Origin: an uncultured Bordetella sp.
GTDB taxonomy: Bacteria > Pseudomonadota > Gammaproteobacteria > Burkholderiales > SG8-41
DNA: 64,000 nt
Assembly (NCBI GenBank): GCA_964433345.1
Contig: CAYSQJ010000001.1
Location: 100,499-164,498, forward strand
Direction: 5' to 3'
The position numbers and the translations under genes were made by a program. Under the pieces are notes generated by a model. That model saw only the letters and a program-made list of their open reading frames with translations. It was not told the DNA's origin and searched no databases. Shown piece by piece: positions 46,688 to 56,622 of the stretch (position 1 is the stretch's first letter; every line of letters starts with the position of its first letter).

Positions 46688-47716
46688 GTGAAGGCCCGCG
46701 CCAGCAAGGCTGCGCGGCTTGCCGACGTCGCGCGCCTGGCCAAGGTGTCGACGGCCACGGTGTCGCGGGCGCTGACACTGCCGCATAAGGTCAAGGCACG
46801 GACCCTGGAGCGCGTGCAGCAGGCCGCGCGTTCGCTGGGTTATGTCGCGCACGGCGCGGCGCGGGCGCTTGCCTCCCGGCGCACCCACACCATCGGCGCC
46901 GTGGTGCCGACGCTGGACAACGCGATTTTCGCCAACACCATCCATGCGCTGCAGCGGACGCTGGATGCCGCCGGCTATGTGCTGCTGCTGGCGAGTCATG
47001 ATTTTGATGCCGGCATCGAGGCGCGCGTCACGCGCACGCTGATCGAACGCGGCGTCGACGGGCTGGTGCTGCTGGGCACGACCCATCATCCCGACATCTA
47101 CCGCATGATCGAAGCGCACGGCGTGCCCTATGTGCTGACCTGGGCCTTTGACGAGAGCGGCAATCATCCCTGCGTCGGCTTTGACAACCGCGCAGCCGCG
47201 GTGCGCATCACCAATTACCTGCTCGACCTCGGACATCGCCGCTTTGCGATGGTCTCGGGCATCACCCGCCAGAACGAGCGCGCGCAGGAACGCCTCAACG
47301 GCGTGCGCGAGGCGCTGGCCGCGAGGGGCATCGGGTTGTCCGATTCGCAGGTTGTCGAGAAGCCCTATACCCACACCGGCGGCCGCGATGGCCTGCGTGA
47401 GGTGATGGCGGCACGCGAGAGGCCGACGGCGGTTATCTGTGGCAACGACGTGCTGGCGATCGGCGCCATCGCCGAGTGCCATGTGCAGGGCCTTGCGGTG
47501 CCGGGAGACGTGTCGATCACTGGATTCGACGACATGGAAATCGCGGCGATGATGCGGCCGGCGCTGACCACCGTGCGTTTTCCGACCGCCGAACTCGGCG
47601 CCTATGCCGCGAACCACCTGCTGCTGCGGCTCGAAGGCAAGGCGGTCGACCTGCGCTGCAAGCTGCCGACGGAACTGGTGGTGCGGGAAAGCGCGGCGGT
47701 GCCGCGCATCGATTGA
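46688..47716 (+). CDS. LacI-family transcriptional regulator
   Basis: HTH LADVARLAKVSTATVSRAL plus a periplasmic-binding-protein-like core. The only plausible start upstream of the HTH is GTG 46688; the longer track ORF overlaps xsc. Confidence 0.8.
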   Translation: MKARASKAARLADVARLAKVSTATVSRALTLPHKVKARTLERVQQAARSLGYVAHGAARALASRRTHTIGAVVPTLDNAIFANTIHALQRTLDAAGYVLLLASHDFDAGIEARVTRTLIERGVDGLVLLGTTHHPDIYRMIEAHGVPYVLTWAFDESGNHPCVGFDNRAAAVRITNYLLDLGHRRFAMVSGITRQNERAQERLNGVREALAARGIGLSDSQVVEKPYTHTGGRDGLREVMAARERPTAVICGNDVLAIGAIAECHVQGLAVPGDVSITGFDDMEIAAMMRPALTTVRFPTAELGAYAANHLLLRLEGKAVDLRCKLPTELVVRESAAVPRID

Positions 47717-47740
47717 CGTCGCCGTTCCGGCGGGCGCAAA

Positions 47741-49159
47741 TCACAGCAGTGTTTTGCGTGCCTTGACGATGGCTGCCTTGACGCGCGCCGGCGCAGTGCC
47801 GCCGATGTGGCTGCGGCTTTTCATCGAACCCTCCAGCGTCAGCGCGTCGAAGGCATCGGCACCGATCAACGGGGAGAACTGCTTCAGGTCGTCCAGGGAC
47901 AGTTCAGGCAGGTCGCAGCCGCGCGTCTCGGCGAAGCGCACCGCACGGGCCACTGCTTCATGGGCCTCGCGGAACGGCAGTCCCTTCTTCACCAGGTAGT
48001 CGGCGAGGTCGGTCGCGGTGGCGTAACCCTCGCGCGCGGCCGCGCGCATGCGTTCGGCGTTGACGGTGATGCCGCCGACCATGCCTGCAAATACCGCGAG
48101 GCTCATCATCAGCGTGTCGACGGTGTCGAGCAGCGGTTCCTTGTCTTCCTGGTTGTCCTTGTTGTAGGCGAGCGGCTGGCCCTTCATCAGCGTCAGCAGC
48201 GCCACCAGGTGGCCGTTGACGCGGCCGGTCTTGCCGCGCACCAGTTCGGCGACATCCGGATTCTTCTTCTGCGGCATGATCGAGGAGCCGGTGCAGTAAC
48301 GGTCGGCGATGTCGATGAAGCCGAAGCGGGGGCTCATCCAAAGGATCAGTTCCTCGCTGAAGCGCGACAGATGGGTCATCGTCAGCGCGCCGGCGGCGAC
48401 GAACTCGATCGCGAAGTCGCGGTCGGAAACCGCGTCGAGGGAGTTTTCGCAGACACCGTCGAAGCCGAGTTCCTTGGCGACCATCTGGCGGTCGATCGGG
48501 AACGAGGTGCCGGCGAGCGCGGCTGCGCCAAGCGGCAGCCGGTTGACCCGCTTGCGGCAGTCGGCGAAGCGCTGGGCGTCGCGCGACAGCATTTCAACGT
48601 AGGCGAGCAGGTGATGGGCGAAGGACACCGGCTGAGCGACCTGCAGGTGGGTGAAGCCGGGCATCACCGTGTCGGCATGCTGTTCCGCGAGGTCGAGCAG
48701 CGCGCGCTGCAGGTTCTTGATCAGCGTCTGCACATGGTCGATCGCGGCGCGCAGATAGAGCCGAACGTCGGTTGCAACCTGGTCATTGCGCGAGCGGCCG
48801 GTGTGCAGGCGCTTGCCGGCGTCGCCGACCATGTCGGTCAGGCGGCGTTCGATGTTGAGGTGCACGTCCTCGAGGTCTACCGACCAAGGGAAGCTGCCAG
48901 TGCGGACTTCCTCGAGGATCGTCGCCAGCCCGCCCTCGATGGCCTCGAGGTCGCTGGCCGAGATGATGCCCGTCGCCCGCAGCATGCGCGCATGGGCAAG
49001 CGATCCCTGGATGTCGAATTCGGCGAGCCGCTGGTCGAAACCGACCGAGGCCGTGAAGCGTTTGACGAGGTCGTCGACCGGTTCGCTGAAACGTCCCGAC
49101 CATGCTTTGGCGGAGGCCGGCTTGCTGCCGCTGCTTCTTGTTTTGTCTTTTGCCGTCAT
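47741..49159 (-). CDS. argH: Argininosuccinate lyase
   Basis: WSGRFSEP...[12 protein letters not shown] signature. Confidence 0.95.
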   Translation of the reverse strand: MTAKDKTRSSGSKPASAKAWSGRFSEPVDDLVKRFTASVGFDQRLAEFDIQGSLAHARMLRATGIISASDLEAIEGGLATILEEVRTGSFPWSVDLEDVHLNIERRLTDMVGDAGKRLHTGRSRNDQVATDVRLYLRAAIDHVQTLIKNLQRALLDLAEQHADTVMPGFTHLQVAQPVSFAHHLLAYVEMLSRDAQRFADCRKRVNRLPLGAAALAGTSFPIDRQMVAKELGFDGVCENSLDAVSDRDFAIEFVAAGALTMTHLSRFSEELILWMSPRFGFIDIADRYCTGSSIMPQKKNPDVAELVRGKTGRVNGHLVALLTLMKGQPLAYNKDNQEDKEPLLDTVDTLMMSLAVFAGMVGGITVNAERMRAAAREGYATATDLADYLVKKGLPFREAHEAVARAVRFAETRGCDLPELSLDDLKQFSPLIGADAFDALTLEGSMKSRSHIGGTAPARVKAAIVKARKTLL

Positions 49160-49193
49160 GAACTTGCGTGGGCCCTGCTAGAATGAATCCGCC

Positions 49194-50210
49194 ATGGCGC
49201 GGAGTATAAATCATAATGCCAACACCGGCGCCCTGCCGGACTTCCGCAATCCCGGAATCCTGCTGCGGATGCTGCTGATCGTCAGCGGCGTGGCGTTGTT
49301 TGCATCGTTGTTGCAGGTCGACGGGTTCAGCGCCTTGCCGGCGCGGATCGCGGACAATGCCGCGGCTGTTGCCCCTCTGCTGATCCTCAGCCTGCTGGTG
49401 CTCGCCGTGCTGAACAACGTGCTGCGCCGGCTGCCGTTTTTTGCCGCGGCAATTGCGGTCATCGCCATCGAGCTTGCGCTGACGGCCGCGCTGCATGCCT
49501 TGGCGGAAAGCCTGTATTTCGCCGATGCTTCGATGCTGGCGCGCAGGCTGCTGATCGTCGCGCTGACCACGGGCATGCTGCTGATGTACTTCGAACTGCG
49601 CGGCCGCGCACTGTCGCCGGCGCTGGCAGAAGCGCGGTTGCAGGCATTGCAGGCGCGCATCCGCCCGCATTTCCTGTTCAACAGCCTGAACGCCGTGTTG
49701 TCGCTGGTCCGCCAGGAGCCACGGCGCGCTGAAACCGCGCTGGAGGATCTGGCCGCGCTGTTTCGCGCGCTGATGGCCGACAACCGCGAGCTGGTGCCGA
49801 TCGCAAGCGAGGTCGAACTGTGCCGGCAATACCTTGAGCTGGAGCAGCTGAGGCTCGGTGACCGGCTGCAGGTCGAATGGCATGTCGACAAGATGCCCGC
49901 CGATGCGCTGGTGCCGCCGCTAGCGCTGCAACCCCTGCTCGAAAACGCCGTCTACCACGGCATTGAGCCGGCGGAGACGCCGGGTGTCATCAGCATCGAC
50001 ATCTATGCCGCCCGCGACCGGCTGCACATCATGCTGCGCAACCCCTATCGCGCCAGCGGCAACCACCATGCCGGCAACAAGATGGCACTGGCCAACATCC
50101 GTGAACGCCTGCAGCTGCATTTCGACGTCGCGGCGGAACTCGCGACCCGTGTCGGCGAAAACACCTACGAGGTGCGCATCGTGATTCCGTACCGCAAGGC
50201 CGTGACATGA
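49194..50210 (+). CDS. LytS/AlgZ(FimS)-type sensor histidine kinase
   Basis: Four N-terminal TM helices, then the His_kinase motif RIRPHFLFNSLNAV and an ATPase domain. Same position as algZ in Pseudomonas (argH-algZ-algR-hemC). Confidence 0.8.
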   Translation: MARSINHNANTGALPDFRNPGILLRMLLIVSGVALFASLLQVDGFSALPARIADNAAAVAPLLILSLLVLAVLNNVLRRLPFFAAAIAVIAIELALTAALHALAESLYFADASMLARRLLIVALTTGMLLMYFELRGRALSPALAEARLQALQARIRPHFLFNSLNAVLSLVRQEPRRAETALEDLAALFRALMADNRELVPIASEVELCRQYLELEQLRLGDRLQVEWHVDKMPADALVPPLALQPLLENAVYHGIEPAETPGVISIDIYAARDRLHIMLRNPYRASGNHHAGNKMALANIRERLQLHFDVAAELATRVGENTYEVRIVIPYRKAVT

Positions 50211-50965
50211 GCGCACAACCGCTGCGGGTGCTGATCGTCGACGACGAGGCGCCGGCGCGCAGCCGCATGCGCGACCTTCTTGCCGATGTCAATGCTGCGT
50301 TGCCGGTTGTCATCGCCGGCGAGGCGGCCAATGGCCGCGAAGCGTTGCGCCTCGCGGAGCAGGGTGTCGACGTAGTGCTGCTGGATGTGCGCATGCCCGG
50401 CATGGACGGCATCGAAGTGGCGCAGCACCTGCAGAAGCTCGATGCGCCCCCCGCGGTGATATTCACCACGGCCTACGACGCCTATGCCATCCAGGCTTTC
50501 GACCTGCATGTCTTCGATTACCTGCTGAAGCCGATCAAGGCGACCAGGCTGCAGGAGGCGCTGTCGCGGCTCGATGCGGGGCGCAGTGCGCCGGCTGCGG
50601 ACATGCTGAGGGCGATGCGCCCGGCGCCGCGCAGCTGCCTCAGCGCCGCCGAACGCGGCAGGGTGCACCTGGTCCCGGTAGAGGACGTGCTCTATCTGCG
50701 CGCCGAGCTCAAGTACGTCACGGTGCGCACGGCGGCGCGCGAGTACCTGATCGAGGAGTCATTGACCCAGCTCGAACAGGAGTTTCCGGACCGTTTTGTG
50801 CGGATCCACCGCAACTGCCTGGTGGCACGCGCGGCGATTCGCGGTTTCGAGCGCGCCGCAGCCGACAGCGGCGAAGGTCCCTGGCAGGTTGTGCTGGCCG
50901 GACTGGAAGAACGCCTGCCCGTGAGCCGGCGCCAGCAGCACGTGGTGCGCGACCTGGTGCGCTGA
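50207..50965 (+). CDS. LytTR-family response regulator (AlgR-like)
   Basis: REC domain (VLIVDDE...LLDVRMPGMDG) plus a LytTR DNA-binding domain. ATGA overlap with the kinase gene. Confidence 0.88.
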   Translation: MSAQPLRVLIVDDEAPARSRMRDLLADVNAALPVVIAGEAANGREALRLAEQGVDVVLLDVRMPGMDGIEVAQHLQKLDAPPAVIFTTAYDAYAIQAFDLHVFDYLLKPIKATRLQEALSRLDAGRSAPAADMLRAMRPAPRSCLSAAERGRVHLVPVEDVLYLRAELKYVTVRTAAREYLIEESLTQLEQEFPDRFVRIHRNCLVARAAIRGFERAAADSGEGPWQVVLAGLEERLPVSRRQQHVVRDLVR

Positions 50966-50978
50966 GGATGTCCTGCGT

Positions 50979-51470
50979 TCAGCGTCCCGCCGCCTTCATC
51001 CGGGCAAGGCCGGCTTCGATGGCCTGCTCGATGTAGAGGCGGTAGAAGTCGGCGGCGAGCAGACCGGTGATCGGCTGCGCGACCGGTTTTCCTTCGCCGT
51101 CGAAGACGATCAGGGTCGGCACGCGACGCACGCCCAGGCTGAGGGCAAATGCACGATGGGTCGTCAATTTGCCTGCAAAATCCCGCAGCTCGATGCGGCG
51201 ATCGGTGTGGATTTCGACGATGCGCACGCGGTGGCGCCATTGCGGATCGTTTTGCAGGGGGATCAGGTAGTCACGGCGCGCCACTGCACAGTAAGGGCAG
51301 GATTCCTGCATGAATGCGACCAGCACGGGGATGCCGCGCGAGCGCGTTTCCGCGGACAGGCGTGCCAGGTCATCGGCTTGCTGTAGCCCGGCCGCGGCAG
51401 GGCCGGCCGCAAGCAGGGCGCATGCTAGAATCCAGCATCGCCCGAATTTAAAAATATTCAATAAAATCAA
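50979..51470 (-). CDS. Secreted thioredoxin-fold protein (CPYC motif)
   Basis: The thioredoxin-like core has SCPYC. No ATG or GTG gives a signal peptide; TTG 51470 (or 51461) inside the AT-rich element gives (M)[27 protein letters not shown]. Confidence 0.6.
   Translation of the reverse strand: MILLNIFKFGRCWILACALLAAGPAAAGLQQADDLARLSAETRSRGIPVLVAFMQESCPYCAVARRDYLIPLQNDPQWRHRVRIVEIHTDRRIELRDFAGKLTTHRAFALSLGVRRVPTLIVFDGEGKPVAQPITGLLAADFYRLYIEQAIEAGLARMKAAGR
51450..51470. repeat. AT-rich element, copy e (complementary strand: TTGATTTTATTGAaTATTTTT)
   Basis: Sits between the divergent thioredoxin-like gene and hemC. Confidence 0.65.
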
Positions 51471-51471
51471 T

Positions 51472-52425
51472 ATGATAGAAGGAAACCTTGAGCGGCGTCC
51501 GGCCTCGATGGTGATTGCCACGCGCGAATCCGCGTTGGCGCTGTGGCAGGCCCGATACGTGCAGTCGGAACTGCAGCGATTATATCCGGGGCTGCAGGTC
51601 TCCCTGCTCGGCATGACCACCGAGGGTGACCGCAGGCTGGGCAGTTCGCTGGCCAAGATCGGCGGCAAGGGCCTGTTCGTCAAGGAACTCGAGGATGCCC
51701 TCGCCGACGGCCGTGCCGACATCGCGGTGCATTCGATGAAGGATGTGCCCATGCACCTGCCGCCCGGTTATGCGCTGGCCGCGATACTCGAGCGCGCAGA
51801 TCCGCGCGACGCCCTGGTGTCGGTGAACTACCGCGGACTCGGGGAGCTGCCGGCAGGCGGTCGCGTCGGCACTTCCAGCCTGCGTCGCGAATGCCAGCTG
51901 CGCGCCCGGCATCCGGGTCTGGTCATCGGCGCGCTGCGCGGCAATGTGCAGACCCGGCTGCGCAAGCTGGAAGAGGGACAGTACGACGCGATCATACTGG
52001 CGGCGGCAGGGCTGAAGCGTCTCGGGCTCGCCGACCGCATTACCGCGCTGTTGTCGCCCGAAGACTCGCTGCCGGCGGTGGGCCAGGGCGCGCTGGGCAT
52101 CGAGTGTCGCGAGGACCGTGCCGATCTCCTTGAATTGCTGGCGCCGCTGGCGCACAAACCGACGCGGCAATGCGTGCTGGCCGAAAGGGCTTTTTCGCGG
52201 GCACTGGCGGGCAGCTGCAACGTGCCGCTCGCCGGATTCGCCGAAATCGCCGGCGGGCAGCTGACGCTGCGCGGCCTGGTCGGCGCGCCCGACGGATCGC
52301 GGGTCCTGCGCGGCGAGGCTGGCGGCGCGTTGACCGAGGCGGAGGCGATCGGTATCGCGCTCGCCGAGGACCTGAAGCGCCGCGGCGCTGCGGAGATACT
52401 TGCCGCGCTGGCGCAAGACGCATGA
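51472..52425 (+). CDS. hemC: Porphobilinogen deaminase (hydroxymethylbilane synthase)
   Basis: [16 protein letters not shown]... The start is either ATG 51472 (317 aa) or ATG 51508 (MVIATRES). Confidence 0.92.
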   Translation: MIEGNLERRPASMVIATRESALALWQARYVQSELQRLYPGLQVSLLGMTTEGDRRLGSSLAKIGGKGLFVKELEDALADGRADIAVHSMKDVPMHLPPGYALAAILERADPRDALVSVNYRGLGELPAGGRVGTSSLRRECQLRARHPGLVIGALRGNVQTRLRKLEEGQYDAIILAAAGLKRLGLADRITALLSPEDSLPAVGQGALGIECREDRADLLELLAPLAHKPTRQCVLAERAFSRALAGSCNVPLAGFAEIAGGQLTLRGLVGAPDGSRVLRGEAGGALTEAEAIGIALAEDLKRRGAAEILAALAQDA

Positions 52426-53198
52426 CAGCGACGTCTCCGCTTGCGGGGCGCGGCATCGTGGTCACCCGTCCGGCACTGCAGGCCGCTCCGCTGGCGGAGA
52501 TGATCCGGTCCGCCGGCGGCCGGCCGATTCTGTTTCCGGTGCTGGAGATACTCGATACCGCCGATCTTGCGCCGCTGATCGATGCGGTAGACCGGCTGGA
52601 CAGTTTCGAACTCGCGATATTCATCAGCCCGAACGCGGTGCTGCGGGCGATGAACCAGATCGTCGCGCGCCGCACTTGGCCGGCGGAACTTCGCGCGGCT
52701 GCGGTCGGCAAGGGCAGTGTCAAGGAACTGAAGCGCTTCGGCATCACCGGGGTGCTGGTGCCGACGCGGTCCTTCGACAGCGAGGGATTGCTGGCCTTGC
52801 CCGAGCTGCAGCAGATCGACGGCTGGCGCGTGGTGATTTTCCGCGGTGACGGCGGACGCGAACTGCTCGGTGACACGCTGGCCGGGCGCGGCGCGAGCGT
52901 CGAATACGTCGAGTGCTACCGGCGGGCACGGCCGCGCGCCGACGCATCACCCCTGCTCAGGGCCTGGGCACGCAACGAAGTGGACGCGGTCGCCGTGACC
53001 AGCAGCGAAGGCCTGCGCAACCTGTTTGAAATGCTGGGCAAGCTGGGGCAGTCCTGGCTGCGGCGCACGCCGCTGCTGGTTCCGCATCCGCGGATAGCGC
53101 TTGCCGCGCGCGAACTCGGCTGTCGCAACGTCGTCGAGACCGCGCCGGGGGATGAAGGTCTGATGGCCGCGCTGCAGCAGCTGTTTGCTGCGGCTTGA
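52422..53198 (+). CDS. hemD: Uroporphyrinogen-III synthase
   Basis: [22 protein letters not shown]...; ATGA overlap with hemC; the conserved hemCD order. Confidence 0.85.
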   Translation: MTATSPLAGRGIVVTRPALQAAPLAEMIRSAGGRPILFPVLEILDTADLAPLIDAVDRLDSFELAIFISPNAVLRAMNQIVARRTWPAELRAAAVGKGSVKELKRFGITGVLVPTRSFDSEGLLALPELQQIDGWRVVIFRGDGGRELLGDTLAGRGASVEYVECYRRARPRADASPLLRAWARNEVDAVAVTSSEGLRNLFEMLGKLGQSWLRRTPLLVPHPRIALAARELGCRNVVETAPGDEGLMAALQQLFAAA

Positions 53199-53227
53199 AC
53201 GCGCAGTCGCCATGTTATTCTCCAGTC

Positions 53228-54295
53228 ATGAGTGAGCCCACGCCGGATTCCGGGAAAACACACGCAGACAATGCCGCCTTGACGCCTCCACGCGACAAGG
53301 GCGGCACGTCCGTGATGCCGGCACTGGCCCTGCTTGTTGCCCTGTCCGTCGCCGGCATCATGGCCTACCAGTGGTATCAGGACCGTGGCACGGACGATGC
53401 CTTGCGCCGCGAGGTCGCGCAGCGGCTGGCGGACATGGCCGCGCGCGACCAGGCCGCTGCGGCACGTGCCGACCAGGTCACTGCGGCGTTGCGCGAAGCC
53501 GAGATCAAGATCGGCGTGCTCGAGTCCAAGCTTGCGGAATCCCAGGGCCAGCAGATCGCGCTGGAAGCGCTTTACCAGGAACTGTCGCGTGGCCGCGACG
53601 AATGGGTGTTTGCCCAGATAGAGCAGTCGATCCTGCTTTCCGTCCAGCAATTGCAGCTTGCCGCAAATGTGCGCGCCGCGCTGATCGGCCTCGAGAATGC
53701 CGAGGCGCAGCTGCAGCGCATGGATCAGCCGCGCTACAACACCCTGCGGCGCGCCCTGCAGCGTGACATTGAAAAGCTCAAGATGCTGCCGCTGGCCGAC
53801 ATATACGGCACTGTGGCAAGGATCGATGATGTCATCGCCGCAATCGATCGCCTGCCGCTCGCCATGGATGCGCGCGTCCGGTCGGACTCTGCGCCCGCGG
53901 AGACGGCCGCTGACCTGCCGGCCTGGGAGCGGTTGCTGCGCGAGGCATGGAGCGAATTGCGCCAGCTGGTGCGCGTGCAGCGGACCGGTGCTGAGGATCC
54001 CGCATTGCTGCCGCCGGAGCAGGCTTTTTTCCTGCGCGAGAACATCAAGCTGCGGCTGGTTGCCGCACGGGTCGCGCTGTTGTCGCGGGAAGCGCGCAGT
54101 TTCCAGGCGGACCTGCGGGCGGCAGCGGCAGCGCTGGAGCGGCATTTCGACATCAACGATGCGGCGGTGGCGGCGACAGCGACCGCGTTGCGCAAGCTGC
54201 AGGCTGCGCAGGTGGAGGTCGCCGTTCCGGATCTCGCGGAGACGCTGGATGCCCTGCGCCTGCTGCGCCCCCCGCGCAGCAAGGCGCCGGCCTGA
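53228..54295 (+). CDS. hemX: HemX-like membrane-anchored protein (usually annotated uroporphyrinogen-III C-methyltransferase HemX)
   Basis: Single TM helix (MPALALLVALSVAGIMAYQWY), then a long coiled-coil-like region; position after hemD. Confidence 0.7.
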   Translation: MSEPTPDSGKTHADNAALTPPRDKGGTSVMPALALLVALSVAGIMAYQWYQDRGTDDALRREVAQRLADMAARDQAAAARADQVTAALREAEIKIGVLESKLAESQGQQIALEALYQELSRGRDEWVFAQIEQSILLSVQQLQLAANVRAALIGLENAEAQLQRMDQPRYNTLRRALQRDIEKLKMLPLADIYGTVARIDDVIAAIDRLPLAMDARVRSDSAPAETAADLPAWERLLREAWSELRQLVRVQRTGAEDPALLPPEQAFFLRENIKLRLVAARVALLSREARSFQADLRAAAAALERHFDINDAAVAATATALRKLQAAQVEVAVPDLAETLDALRLLRPPRSKAPA

Positions 54296-54320
54296 GCGCG
54301 CGCCGGGAAGTGGAGACGGC

Positions 54321-55529
54321 ATGCGCTGGGTGATCCGCATTTTCGTGCTGGGTGCGCTTGCAACCGGACTGACACTTCTGGCCAGCCTGAACAACGGCTA
54401 TGTGCTGCTGGCCCTGCCCGGTCACCGCATCGAGCTATCCCTCAATTTTGCGCTGATTCTCGCGGTGGCGGCGTTTGTCGCGGGATACCTGCTGGTGCGC
54501 CTGCTGGTCTCAACCCTCGAGCTGCCGGCGCGCGTGGCGCGATTCCGTGCCGGCCGGCGCCGCAAGGCCGCCCACGATTCGCTGGTTGCCTCATTGCGCG
54601 ATTACTTTGCGGGTCGCTATGCGCGGGCCGAGCGGAACATGAACCGGGCCGTCGCGCTGGGCGAACCCGCCGACCTGGGTGCGGTGATTGCAGCAAGCGC
54701 CGCCCACGAACTGCGCGCACCGGAGCGCCGTGACCGTTATCTCGCCGGGCTTGCCGCCGATCCGGCAAAGCCCGATGCCGCGCGCGCCGTCAGTGAGGCC
54801 CGCATGCTGCTGGACGAACGGCGTGCGGAGGATGCACTGGCAGCCCTGGCCGTGCTGCCGAAGAAGCACACGGCCGCATTGCGGCTCGAATTGCGGGCGC
54901 GGCAGCGTCTGGGTCAGTGGGATCTGGTGCCCGCGCTGGTTGACCAGCTGGAAAAGCGAGGCGTGTTTGGCCGGGATCGTGCCGACACCGAACGCAGCCA
55001 CGCCTGGCGCCAGCTGCTTGAGCGCGAGGCGGGTGATGCCGCGGCGCTTGCGGCGGTGTGGAAGCGGGTGCCCGACCGCTATCGCCGCGATATCGCGGTG
55101 GCGTCGGCCGCGGCGACGGCTTTTCACGCCCTGGGCCGCTGCACCGAGGCGCAGGAGGTGGTCGAACGCTGCCTCGATGCGGACTGGGACAGCCGGCTGG
55201 TCACCCTGTATGGTGAATGCAGCGGACCGGATACCCTGCGCCAGATCGAGCGCGCCGAACGCTGGCTGAAGGAACACCGCGAGGATGCCGCACTGTTGCT
55301 GGCGCTGGGGCGGCTGTGCGCGCGGCAACAGCTGTGGGGCAAGGCGCAGAATTATCTTGAGGCCAGCGTCGCGGTCGAACCGACCTACGCGGCGCACCTT
55401 GAGCTGGCGCGCCTTCACGAGCACCTGGAGCGGCCCGAGGCTGCTGCCGTACAGTACCGCGCCGGCCTCGATCTTGCGGTATCCCTGCTCAACCGTCTGT
55501 CCGGCGGCCGCCGGGAAAAGCTGCGCTGA
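54321..55529 (+). CDS. hemY: HemY-like protein (two N-terminal TM helices plus TPR-like domain)
   Basis: MRWVIRIFVLGALATGLTLLA...; GGAG ribosome-binding site; position after hemX. Confidence 0.75.
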   Translation: MRWVIRIFVLGALATGLTLLASLNNGYVLLALPGHRIELSLNFALILAVAAFVAGYLLVRLLVSTLELPARVARFRAGRRRKAAHDSLVASLRDYFAGRYARAERNMNRAVALGEPADLGAVIAASAAHELRAPERRDRYLAGLAADPAKPDAARAVSEARMLLDERRAEDALAALAVLPKKHTAALRLELRARQRLGQWDLVPALVDQLEKRGVFGRDRADTERSHAWRQLLEREAGDAAALAAVWKRVPDRYRRDIAVASAAATAFHALGRCTEAQEVVERCLDADWDSRLVTLYGECSGPDTLRQIERAERWLKEHREDAALLLALGRLCARQQLWGKAQNYLEASVAVEPTYAAHLELARLHEHLERPEAAAVQYRAGLDLAVSLLNRLSGGRREKLR

Positions 55530-55539
55530 ACAAGGCCCT

Positions 55540-56559
55540 TCAGCGCGCCGGCGCAGTTGCGGGCGTGAACGCGTCGGCGTAGAACGCGGACTCCGGCAGT
55601 CCGCGCTGCGCGCAGAAATCGCGCCTCGCCGCTTCCACCATCGCCGGAGCGCCGCAGGCATAGACTTCATGGCCCGAGAGGTCGGCAAAATCATCGAGCA
55701 CCGCCTGGTGGACCAGGCCGCGGCGGCCGCTCCAGCCGTCGCCCGGCGTGCCGTCGGAAATCACCGGCACGTATTTCACGCCATGTTCGCGTGCCCAGCG
55801 CTGCGGCAGTTCGTCGAGGTAGAGATCGGCGGCGGCGCGCGCGCCGCGGTACAGCGTCATCTGTCGTTTTAATCCGTGGTGTATTGCATGTTCGACGATG
55901 GCCTTGATGGGCGCGAAGCCGGTGCCGCCGGCAACTAGAATCACCGGCTTGTCGCTGTCCTCGCGCAGATAGAAGCTGCCCAGGGGGCCCTCGAAGCGCA
56001 GGATGTCCTTTTCCTTCATCTGTGTGAAGACATGGGTGCTGAACGAACCGCCGTAATTGCGCAGCTGCAACTCGAGCAGGCCGTCGTCATGCGGCGGATT
56101 TGCCAGCGACAGGCTGCGCCGCGTGCCGTCCTTGAGCAGGATGTCGATGTACTGACCGGCGAGGAACTGCAGGCGTTCCGAGGCCGGCAGGCGCAGGCGG
56201 ATGCGCATAACGTCGGGCGCAAGCCGGTCGAGCGCCTGCACCCGGCAGGGCAGGATTTTGACCGGGATGTCGCGGACTGCGCCGATCTCGCGGCATTCGA
56301 TCACCAGGTCTGACAGGGCGCGGGCCTGACAGAACAGCGCCATGCCGCGCTCCCGTTCCGGGGCCGGCAGCGCAGCCTCCTGTGACAGGCCATGGTCGAC
56401 TTTGCCGTCGACAACCTTGCCCTTGCACGAGCCGCAGGCGCCGTTGCGGCAGCCGTAGGGCAGCATGTAGCCCTCACGCAGCGCTGCTTCAAGGACGGTC
56501 TCGCCTTCGTTTGCGTTGAATACGTGGCCGCTGGGGCGAATGGTGATTTGCCGGGACAT
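55540..56559 (-). CDS. 2Fe-2S ferredoxin / FNR-type NAD(P)H-flavin oxidoreductase (CDP-6-deoxy-delta-3,4-glucoseen reductase-like)
   Basis: Plant-type ferredoxin motif CRNGACGSCKG...C, then FAD/NAD-binding motifs (RSLSLA, LVAGGTGFAPI). The start is trimmed to ATG 56559. Confidence 0.85.
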   Translation of the reverse strand: MSRQITIRPSGHVFNANEGETVLEAALREGYMLPYGCRNGACGSCKGKVVDGKVDHGLSQEAALPAPERERGMALFCQARALSDLVIECREIGAVRDIPVKILPCRVQALDRLAPDVMRIRLRLPASERLQFLAGQYIDILLKDGTRRSLSLANPPHDDGLLELQLRNYGGSFSTHVFTQMKEKDILRFEGPLGSFYLREDSDKPVILVAGGTGFAPIKAIVEHAIHHGLKRQMTLYRGARAAADLYLDELPQRWAREHGVKYVPVISDGTPGDGWSGRRGLVHQAVLDDFADLSGHEVYACGAPAMVEAARRDFCAQRGLPESAFYADAFTPATAPAR

Positions 56560-56622
56560 GGGAACTGAAAATCGGGGAAGGGTGGCTGGGCTAAAATAGG
56601 GTGCTATGAAATACGGGATGCT

